A stretch of DNA of 64,000 nt from Lama guanicoe. Its lineage: Eukaryota. Both the position numbers and the translations under genes were made by a program. The stretch is taken from the NCBI GenBank assembly GCA_013239625.1, contig MU053881.1, positions 10,191,957 through 10,255,956 of the forward strand, given 5' to 3'. Below the pieces are notes generated by a model. That model made no database searches, was not told the origin of the DNA, and was given only the letters and a program-made list of their open reading frames with translations. Shown piece after piece: positions 36,301 through 47,232 of the stretch (within the stretch, counting starts at the first letter, position 1; every line of letters begins with the position of its first letter).

Positions 36301-37410
36301 ACGTAGCTGGGTCCCCATCACAAACTGGAGTCAGCCTTGCCATCACGTACATATAAACACACAGTCAACTCACTGAAGGTTTCGAGTTGCAGGATCTCCC
36401 TGCCCTTCTGAACCTCTCGTTTTTACTTTTCTCTTCTTCCTTTTTATTTCCTCTTCTTTCTCATCCTCAAACTCATTATGAAATTACCCTGTCAGCCATT
36501 TAACTTGTTTGAATCCTTTGTGTAGCATTTTAAAAAAAATCATTATGGTTCACTTCAGGAAAAAAAAACACATATGTAAAAGAAAAAAAGGCCAACTTCC
36601 ATTTTATTTTTTAATAAAGTCTGTTTTGCATGGATTCCAAGCCCTCCAGGCACCCTAGAATTCTATAGTTGTTTTCTGATTTCTACTCAGAGGAGAATCT
36701 CAAAAGCTAGGGAGGTTTCCAGAGACTGCTGTGAAAAGTTAGTCTTGTGTTTATTAATTTTTGTACACATGCCCATAGGCCTTAGGGCGACGGGCTTATT
36801 TAAACAAATAGAAATAATACATAAATAACCACGTTTTCCCCTAATTCATCTCTATGATTAGTCCCACGGAACAGCAATGCAGGTTTGTAACTCTACCTGT
36901 GCACTGTCTGAAAAGCAAAAGTTTCCACTAACTATCTAGAGTCTTTATGATACTTAAGCCCAGTGATGGGGAATAAATCATATTTATTTGCTTGGAGAGT
37001 GGTTCTAATCACCCTCCAGTCTCTCTTATTTTCCTTCTTTATCATTAGGATTATTCTGTAGTAAGCCAAGGAAATTCACCCTAGCTAAATTAAAAAAACA
37101 AAAAACAGAATCCATTGGCAAGATATGGGAGTTCACAGAAATAAATGAATAACGAATACGGCAAAGAAACTAATGAAACTTCAGAGAATTTTTGTAACAG
37201 GAGTTCTGTGACAGCCTCATTCAGATTCTGCCGCTGAAATAAATAATTCTCAAACTTTCTCAATCTTTGGGTCATTTTTCTCAGGTGTCAGTTTGCAGAA
37301 TGAAGCACAATTGGCTTTTGCCCGGGTAACAGGGCTAGCCTTAGACTAGGGAGGGCAGCGTATGTCGATTAGAGCCCCTGTGAGGCTGCACCCAGTGCAA
37401 GAGTTTCACT

Positions 37411-37937
37411 TGTTACGGAAGACAGAATAATGGCTCTTCAAAGACTTCCATGCCCTCATCCCAGGAACCTCAGTGTGTTAGATTACATGACAAAGAGGAA
37501 TGAGGACTGCAGATGAAGTTAATTTTGCTAATTGCCGACCTTCAAATAGGGAGAGTCTCCTGAACTATCTCCATGGGCCCAAAGTAATAAGAAGAGTCCT
37601 TAAAAGTAGAAGGAGGCGAAAGGGGAGAGTCAGTCAGAGGAACAAGTGCCTCTTAGAGAAAGATACAGAGAAATGAAACACTGCTGGCTGGGAAGATGGA
37701 AAAAGGGGATTGGGAACCAAGGAAGAGGGGTGGCTTCTGGAAGCTGGCAAGGACAAAGGAACACATTCTCCTTCTAAAGCCTCAAATAGGAGGGCAGCCC
37801 TGCCAACGTCTAGATTTTTACTCGCTGAGATATATTTTGGACTTAGGATCTCCAGAACTGAGAGGTAACAAATCTGTACCATTTAAGCCACTAAATTTGC
37901 AGTAATCTGTTAAATCAGCAGTAGAAAATTAACACAA
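37411..37937 (+). mobile_element. MLT1D-type MaLR LTR
   Basis: agacagaataatggctcttcaaagac...ttacatgacaaagagga...ctccagaactgagagg...taagccactaaatttgcagtaatctgtta...aattaacaca. Confidence 0.88.
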
Positions 37938-38453
37938 TTACCTATAAGAAAAAAAGACCATGAAAATCTGTAATAAATATTTGCTGATGGTTGAAAGAAC
38001 AAAAAATCAAAATCTCTTTCTACGTATATAATAGCATCCGTTCCACCAAATCAAAACGAGATAAGTAACAAAATTTCTGACTTTGTATTACATTTTTTAT
38101 GTTCATACTATTTTTCTACTTGGAAACCATAAAGATGACACACACAAATACCACTGTCTAGGATTCATGTGACAAGTCAATCAAAGTAATGGAGAATCAC
38201 CTATCAATCCCAAAGAAAACAGACTAAATAGAAAGACTTTGAATTGTTTAACAAAATTCCTCAATGCTTCACCTTCTCTCAGAACCAAATAATTCAGAAC
38301 ATTTTTCTGCACAGAATGAATATGGGTGACAGAAAGACTGCCTTATATTAGGACTTGGTCATTTTCCATTGTTCGATTAGAAGCATTCTGTAATCTACAA
38401 TGTTTCACAGGTCCAAGTCTATGAAAAACAGATACGGTCCAAGAAATCCTGTG

Positions 38454-38977
38454 TGTGATGGTTAATTTTATGTGTTAACTTGACTCGGCCATGATGTGAT
38501 AGACATTTGGTTAAACATTACTTTGGGTTTCCGGAAGGGTGTTTTTGAATGAGTTTACCATTTAAATCAATAGACGGACTAAAACAGATTGTTCTCCATC
38601 ATGTTGGTGGGCCTCACTCAATCAGTTGAAGGTATGAGTAGAACAAAAGGCTGACATTCCATGAGTAAGGAGAAATTCCTCCTGCCTATCTTCAAGCTAG
38701 GATATCAGTTTTTTTCTGCCTTGGGACTCAACCTGAAGCATCATTTCTTACTGAGCCTGAGTTGCCAGATTTTAGACAGGAAATTACACCTTCAGCCCTC
38801 TGGTTCTCAGGCCTTCAGACTTAGACTGAAAGTACACCCGAGCTCTCCTGGGTCTCCAGCCTGATGACTATAGATCTTGGGGACTTATTAGCAGCCTTCA
38901 AAATTGTGTGAGCCAATTTGTTATAATAGATACATACATCCTATTGGGTCTGTTTCTCTGGAGAACACTGACCAAAT
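38454..38977 (+). mobile_element. MLT2 (ERVL) LTR
   Basis: tgtgatggttaattttatgtgttaacttgac...caatcagttgaagg...cctattgggtctgtttctctggagaacactgac. Confidence 0.9.
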
Positions 38978-40468
38978 CCCTGCGTAAGGAAAACATACCT
39001 TCTGTGATCATTGGAAATTCTATTAGTATTAGGCATATTTAAAGAGAGAAAAAAAAGAAGCTATTGCCACTATCATTCAGGATTATAAAGTAAGGTCTGC
39101 TCATTGTAAAAACAACACAGCATACAAAAAACAGAAACGTCTAAAAATTGCCTTTCTTGTATATCAAATATACTATTTATATATATATATATATGTGTGT
39201 GTTTACCCCATTTTATATCCTGCCTTTATTATTAACGATAAAATCTGAGCATCCCTCATTTCAATAAACATACTTCTACATCATTTCCATTAACTACACA
39301 CCAGTTTTCTATTGTTCAACATTTAAGGTGCTTCTAAGCTTCTATTTAATAGTCAACACAAAAAGAGACATCACAGGATGTATCAAGCAAGTTCTTTGGG
39401 GTGGAATTTCTGGGTGAAAATATTGGTGAAAAATGCCAAATCATACTACACTTCTGAGCCGTTAGTATGTCATCACTAAGTGATTTGAAACAAGCTAATG
39501 ACTTTTGGTAATGTCTTCTTCTTAGAAGGCAAAAAAACCTCTAAGTCACAAGTAGGGCATGGTGTCCAAGATTACTGCTGGTTGTCTTGGAAAAAAATCA
39601 GGAGACCTTTCAGGAAATGGAGGGAAACACATAAAAACCAGCTCTACTAATGCCAGCAACTGGTTGCAGGGTGTAGTTGCCAGTCATTTAAAGGTGACCA
39701 GATTGTCTCCTGTTTGCCGCTGAGGAGACAGTCTGGGTGCGTTTTGGCTCTCACACCAGCCAATTCTGAATCACTCTTCCTGGCTCATGTTGCTTCTCTC
39801 TTTGTCCAGTCTGCTTCATAAATCATACATCATGTGTTGGAGCAAAATGCTAGCCAGTTTCTGGGAGGAGAGAGGCATTTAAAATCAAATCACTAATTTT
39901 TCTGTTGCTTGTCATTAATCTTTAGGTGTTTAAAATGCCTCAATGAAAATACGTCTTTTTGTGTCAGTAAAATGCACTTAGTGGATTAAGAATACAAGTG
40001 CGTAACAAATTTGTACATATAAAAGACATATATGTAGACAGATAAACAGACAGACAGATAGTTATTTTTACATAGGAGTGATTCTCTTTTAGTTCTAACA
40101 AGGAAATCAAAGACATTTAATCTATATTCTCTATTTTTCACATGAATAAATTTGCCAATCTCTAGCAAGTGCCAAATGCAAATTTATTATAATTTTAAAT
40201 TGGCTCCATAATGGGCTCAGTGACAAAACATATGATTTAATATTCTTCATTATGGTATTGTTTATGTTCTATTGGAAAGTTCCTTTATTACTATTTAACC
40301 ACATTAATTTTCCCTAAGGAGTCTGATTATCCATTAATGCTTTTAAATAGATATGTCGCCTTGGACTGAGTTTAATCTTTGACAGAGACCAGATGATGTC
40401 TTAGGAGAAGGAAAGGGGGACATGGGGAAATATCCATTCTGTGTAATCAAGCACCATGGGATAGGGGA

Positions 40469-41122
40469 CAGCAGTCCCCACTGGCCACAGTTTTACTTTC
40501 CATGGTTTCAGTTACCTGTGGTAAACTGCAGTCTGAAAATATTAAATGGAAAATTCCAGAAATAAATCATTCATAAGTTTTAAATTGTATGCCCTTCTGA
40601 GTAGCAAGATGAAACCTCCTGCTACCCTGCACCATTCTGCTCCATCCTGCCTGGGATTCCCTACCATCAACATCTCCTGCTCCTGGAATCAGACCATCAA
40701 CATCATCAGGGCTCAATGATCCAGGATCACCCAAAGCGGATGATCTGATGTACGTCAGAAGGTCAACAGTAGCCTAATTCTATGTTGCCATGCCTATGTG
40801 ATTTACCTGACTTCATCTTGTCACATAGGCATTTTATCATATCGTATCATCACGAGAAGAAGGGTGAGTAGAGTACAGTAAGATATTTTAAGAGAGGCCG
40901 TATTCACATCACTTCTATCACAGTATATTGTTATAATGGTTCTCTTTTATTAGTTTGTGTTGTTAATCTCTTACTGTGACTAATTTATAAAACCAAACTT
41001 TATCATAGGTATGGATCTATAGGAAAAAAAAAGTGATATATGTAGGGTTCAGACGATCTGTGGTTTCAGGCATTCACTGTGGGTCTTGGAACACATCTCC
41101 TGTAGATACAGAGAGACTACTG
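40469..41122 (+). mobile_element. MER44/Tigger7-derived element
   Basis: cagcagtcccc...gtttcagttacctgtggt...tgaaaatattaaatggaaaattccagaaataaa...ggtttcaggcattcactgtgggtcttggaac...gactactg followed by TA. Confidence 0.9.
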
Positions 41123-41859
41123 TACAGATATTTTGTTTTGACTTAACCAAAAAATTACGTTACCCTGAAGCATAGGGTTGAATTATTCTTGAGATTCTCT
41201 TCTTAACTAGCCTATCTGAAGATGATACACGTACATCCTTCAGTATTTTTTATCTTCATCACAAAAAGTACTAGTCTTCAGTAAAGGAGGACCCCTTGAC
41301 AAGTCTTAACTAAACTTTGTTTTCATTACTGATGAAGTTAAGCTCCAAGTGCAGAACACAGCAAAGTCATGAAGATTTATGTTGGACCATTATAGAGACA
41401 CTGTATAAAGTCACTGCAGAAGTCTGAGTGGGAATTTATTTAGATTTTGAGATATTTTATTTGGCACAGTTAAAAAAAAAATAAGAGCAAAGGAAATCTC
41501 TTTTAAATCATTCATTTCTGGAACTAAACATTCAATAATTCTTTGTAAGTAGAATACATTCCCTTGGCTTTATCTTTTTTACTTTATTACTTTTCCACAT
41601 AATTCATAGTCTTTTTTTATCAGTCTAGAAGCTAGGTCAGAAATCTAAGCCCTTAAGAATCCTGCCAATAAATCACCACAGATTTCCGATTCATTCTCCA
41701 GTTATACACAAGGAATGAAGAGCATTTATACAAACATCACAAGTTCATTCAGACATTCATTCAATATATATTCACTAGGTATGTGAGAGGAAGGGAGCCC
41801 TCATGAAACAGTAAATGTATTTCATTTCTCTTAGGAAAAACTGCAGACACCTTAGTAAG

Positions 41860-42320
41860 GCTTCCTCTTCCTCCAGCCTTATGTCACACCTTTTCTCCTT
41901 TGTTGCCTGGTTCTAGCCCCACTGTCTTTTCCACTTCCTCCTATCCACTGTCCGAGGTTCATGTTCCCTCTTGCCATTGGCCCTCGACATCTCTGTCCCA
42001 TTTGTATGGAACACTCTTACCAGTCCCTTCTATAGCTAACTCCTAATCAGATAACTCCTCTCCCATCTTTTCTTTGACTAAGCTTTTTGACCCTCAAGAC
42101 TAGATCAGATTTCTTTGTTACATGTTCTTCTTGCAAAGTATAATTCTGCAAACATTAGAGTGATACTTTGATTGACATCTATTCTGTCTATCTCCCTGTC
42201 AACCTAAAAGCTTCATGAAAAAAAGGACCATGGCTTTCTTTTGTAACTATTTTATCCCTGGGGCCTTGTATGTTGCCTAGAAAATGAAACACGTGCTAAA
42301 AAAGAATACCCAAAGAGTAG
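41860..42320 (+). mobile_element. L2 fragment
   Basis: aagcttcatgaaaaaaaggaccatggc...tatccctggggccttgtatgttgcctag. Confidence 0.6.
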
Positions 42321-42399
42321 TCAGTGAATTAAAATTATAAGCTATTGCCTTGAATGTACAAAATACATACAAACAAAAGAGCAGAATAACAATCCAAGT

Positions 42400-42870
42400 G
42401 AAAGTGAGATGAAGGATGAGATGAGTGATGTAGATAATAGAGGCTTGTATGACTTCAGTCAAAGATGAAGGATGCTACGGGCCAAGTTCAAGAGAGATGA
42501 AGTTCGAGTCCTGTAAGACATGGAGGATTTGGGTGAGTGGTAAAGAAACAAAAATTCTGGATTCTTCATTGCAAGTTACAAAACTCCACCCCAGCATTTG
42601 GAAGAGAGCTTTGAAGAGAGACACTGAAAGCCAGAAGATCAGGTAAAGATGAGAAACTGGAGGATAAAAATGAGCAAGAAGAGCTTGGACCAGGTGGTTA
42701 AGTGGTCCAAACAGAGGAGGTTGGAGGAGTGATTAATCTGAGAAGGTTCATTGGCAGAAGCTGGGCAGCGAGGACACATGTGCGCAGACATACAGAGTGA
42801 ACTTTATGACAGATAAGATTTAGAAGGCAAACAAAGGAAAAAAGTCAACGATGGCTCCAAAATTTCCTTT
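42400..42870 (-). mobile_element. Old L2 fragment
   Basis: Purine-rich antisense L2-like tract, e.g. aaagtcaacgatggctccaaaatttc. Confidence 0.45.
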
Positions 42871-44814
42871 TAATGTGACTGCAATTTTTCATTAAATATA
42901 TTGGGTTATATTTATCTATCAACTATATCATATATGAAGTGTTAACGATGAAGAACTGTGCACCATTATTTACAAGCATTATTATTTTGTTTTAGCCTCA
43001 AAACAACGTGAAGGAGGCATTATTTTCCCCCGGGGAGTTGCGGTAAGTGCTGTGAGTCCTGTCATTACGGAAGGGCAGCATCAGGATTCAGATCATTTCT
43101 TTGTCTCAAAAGCCCTCCCCAGGGCTATGAAAAATTGCCTCTCTTTGCACTTTGTCTCTTTTAGAGGTTGGTTTCGTGTGTGATACAGTATTAACCTCAT
43201 ATTAATCTAATGTTAGCTTCATGTTAGATAAAATGATAAGATCTGCCCTAGAATAAAATGTTGAAGCAGGTAAAGTTGCCTTTAGGCTTTATTGGCCCAA
43301 CTGTCACTCTCACCCAGTACAGCCTCGGGCTCACTCTGACTGCTCACCCAAGCACTCACCCTCTAAATACTCCCTCCTGGCACTTAGACCAAACACATGC
43401 CATAACAGTTTTAGTACAACTGTGGACCTTGACAAAGAGTAAGTCTCTGGGTCCATTCAGTTAATACTTCTCTTTTGGACTGGCTTGGGCGCTAACTTAA
43501 TTCAGACTAAAGTGTTAATGTTTGTTAACCATCCTTCTTTCTCAAAAAACTTGCATTTTAACTTTAAATGTAATACTTTCTTTCTAACAAATTTCAATAT
43601 TTGAAGGCACTGAAACCTCCATGTTAAAAACAGATACAAATATTGCTGCTTTGGTTAATAGAGTGGTGGTGGCTTAGTGCCTTTTACCCCATCAGCAAAA
43701 AAAAAAAATTTAAAAAGGTATGTGGGAAGAGAAATTCTAGTTCTCTGAGTAATCATTTTAAAATCTACTATTTTGATGCAAGGAAACAATTAACAGATTA
43801 GTTTTAGACACTAGTAAGTAGAGATAAGTAGAGATAAATAGGTAGACAAGAAGGGAGAAATCTTAGATGCCTATAAAAAAAAATCAAGACATACAGACAC
43901 TACTTACTCCCCCCAGACATGAAGATAAAAGTTATCTATGGCTTGAGTGAGTCCAAAGGATAGATCCTCAGATAGTTTAATCAGGAATTCATTCGACACA
44001 ACATATTTGCTTGGTCTTAGACCTGGGGTAGCTTTGAATAGCCTCCCTGAATTTGGATGATCAAAGGAGAAAATAGAGATGGATGACTCCGCCACGGAAG
44101 CAGTTGGTTTAATCGCAGTGTGGTTGTGTTTCCTGGGGCCACCTGGGCTTGAAATGTCCCACACTGAGCACCAGTGAAAAATGGCGTTTTCTTTCCGCTT
44201 AGGATTCTCTCCTGATCCCGAATGCCTTCCATAATTAAGGAGTAACTACGAAGGTGTAGGGCATTTCTAGGGGATTAATGGCCATCTGGGAGAGTTGATG
44301 GCCCAGAGCCAAGTGGGGACTTACTAACTTCAGCTGGTCATTCATTCCTTAAGTGCTGCCTGGGGTTGGGGACAAGGGAGGGCGTGTGTGCAGGGGGTGG
44401 GGCGCGCACAACTCATTTTGACTGTATTTCCAGGAAAAGAAAAAAAGTTAACTTTTAAATACGCAGGAGCACCGTGTGCCTCCCTTAGCAATCCGGAATG
44501 CTGTCCCTAGCATTTCAACCGCATCTTCTCATCAAGTCTCCCACCTCGTGGAGTCTTTTTCACCATGGGTGCTAATGTTAGAGAGAGCAGAGATAAATGA
44601 GACAGGCTCTGAAGTGGCAACCGAGGTGAAGAGCCTGGAAGATGCTGAGTGATGAAGTTAAAGGGGTTATATTTCAGACCAGCCGAGCCTCACCCTTTCT
44701 GAGTTACAGCCCTGATACAGGTACTGAGGGGCATCACTAGTCTAGTTAATCTTGTGCTATTCCTTCCTCCTTCCCCCTCTCCCTTCAGAATATTCACCAG
44801 AAAGTAAAAGATGT

Positions 44815-44975
44815 TTAAAAATATCCGGTGCTGCAGAGAGTGGTGCAAATGGGTCCTCTATTACATGGCTAGTAGGAGTAGATATTGGAATAACCAATTA
44901 GAGAAGCAAGTGGACACTGGCTCTTGAAAACTGAAACTTGCATGTCCTGTGATCCGGAATCCCATTCTTCCTTAT
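44815..44975 (+). mobile_element. Old L1 ORF2 3' remnant
   Basis: ggtgctgcagagagtggtgcaaatgggtcctc...gcatgtcctgtgatccggaatcccattc. Confidence 0.5.
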
Positions 44976-45339
44976 CCTCCACCACCCCCGCCCACAACAC
45001 AAACAAAAACAAAAAACAAAAACAAAACTTTGCATATGTGGACAAGGTCGTGACAGACAAGGAAGTATTGGGCAAGTCCCCTACCAGGGCTACCGGAAGC
45101 CGTTTGCTTTGGGGTCAGGAAGTCAAAAGTCCTACGTGCAAAATACTGCCCGCAAACGATGGTACAAAATCATGACGACATCTTATTAACCCTTTAGCAG
45201 GAGTTCTTTTATTGAGAGGAGTTAATGCCTCCGTGGACCGTGCATTCTTGATGGCATCACCTCCCATCTCGGCATTGCCCTCACTTGGAAGGTTAAATGG
45301 GTAAATTTGAATCTTATGTTCTTCTTGTTTTTTCTATTT

Positions 45340-45927
45340 CGTTTTTATTGGGATATAATTGACATGTAATATTATATTAGTTCAAGGTATACAACATGAT
45401 TGATATATATATATATGATGAAATGATCACCATGATAAACGTCATTAACATCCATCATCCATCCATCATAGTTACACATTTTTTCCTTATGATGAGAACT
45501 TTGAAGATCTATTCTCTTAACAGTTTTCAAATACACAATATTCTTAATTGTAGTCAACATGCTATATAGTACAAACCCAGAACTTATTAATCTTAAAATT
45601 GGAAATCTGTACCTTTTGACCACTTCTACCCATTTTTCTCACTCCATAGTCCCTGCCTCTGTCAACCACCAGTCTGTTCTCTGTTTATGAGGGTTTTTTG
45701 TTTGTCTGTTTGTTTGTTTAAGATTCTGCATTATAAGAGAGCAGACAGTATCTATCTTTCTCGGTCTCACTTACTTCACATAACATAATGCCCTCAAAGT
45801 CCATCCATGTTATAGCAAATGACAGAATTCTTTCTCATAACTGAGTAACATTCCACAATGTGTGTATATATATATATATAAATATGATATTTATATATGA
45901 TATATATGTATATGTCTCATACCACCA
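45340..45927 (-). mobile_element. L1 3' UTR fragment (L1MA9/laurasiatherian L1-like), 5' truncated
   Basis: tttttattgggatataattgaca...gaaatgatcacc...gatgagaactttgaagatctattctcttaac...cataatgccctcaaagtccatccatgtt. Confidence 0.88.
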
Positions 45928-47016
45928 TTCCAAATGAGGGCAACGCAGATGACGGGAGGTGATGCCATCAAGAAGGCACGGGTCCATCCTACAAGTCCAT
46001 CTTGCAGTCGTGCACACCACATTTGGACACACCCTCCTCAGCCTGCCTGTCTCAGTCTCTGTTAGTGGTTACAGACTATCATTCCAGTCAGTCAACCCCA
46101 TTTCTCTTGCACTTTCCTGCTCTTTCTAGCTGAGTTTTATTTATTTTCTTTATTAAAAAGGGAGACAAGTGATATTGGTGGTCCTGATACAGTTACCAAT
46201 AGCACCACTGACATAGACATACCTAAGAGTGAATCACGCAATGAGAAAGCCTCCCCTTCCCCGTTTTCTCTCAACGATTCTGGTAACATCAAAACCAGCA
46301 TCTCTACGCATTGCCAGAATGTCTTTAATACCCCTTTAACATGTGTTCATCTCCCTTTTGTCACCAAGAAAACCTCAGGCACAGATCCTTCTATGGTGAA
46401 CAGGGGTGGCCACAATTTAATGGGCTTGTTTCATTGGAGATATGTTTATTTATTTTTGGTTAACATCTATTCATGATAAGCTGTACTGCTTTAACTTTCT
46501 TGATAATGATACAATGACTACTTTTTAAAATAAATATATTTTTAAGGGAAGAAACTGAAAGAAAACTACTACGGAAATAGTACGTGGATGAGTGAGGTTA
46601 GATCCTCCTGGTGCTGTAACAGCTTCATTCATCTGAGGCACCTTAATGCACTGCCCTCCTTCCCCAGAAGACAGGGCATTCGGTAAGGCCCTTAATCAGA
46701 CTACTGTCTGTCAGTAATCACTCTTTTAACTCCAGGACCTTAGCTTAATGCCTGGGCCTAGGAAGTTGTCAAAAAACGCATGTTGTCCAAGTGAATGACG
46801 AAAAGCAGGAATAAAAGGAGAAGCCTCGACCAGAACAAAATGGCAGAGTGACTGGCTGGTTTCCCCAAGACCGCTGAGTCTGGTTGTGTCTGCCCGGGGG
46901 GAGGGTGGGTAGCGGGGTGGGTTAGGATGGTGGGTTAGGGGATGTGAGGGGCTAGGACCACCTGCAGGTGTCTCTCTACCTGATGAGGCATCCAACTTCA
47001 ATGATATTATCAAGAA

Positions 47017-47232
47017 CAATGTTCTCAAAGCACGGTCCCAGGGCTAGCAGCATTTCCATCAACTTCCACTTGTTAGAAATGCACATGGTCAGGTCCCACT
47101 CCAGACCTACTGAAGCAGAAACTCTGGGGGTGGAGCCTCAACGCTTTTTTGTTTTTCTGGGTTTTTTCTTCCCTTTTTTCTTTTGGAGATCTCTAGGTGA
47201 TTTTAATGCATTCTAAATTTTGAAAGCCACTA
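47017..47232 (+). mobile_element. MER5A
   Basis: gttctcaaagcacggtcccagggctagcagcat...cttgttagaaatgca...ccagacctactgaagcagaaactctgggggtgg. Confidence 0.88.
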
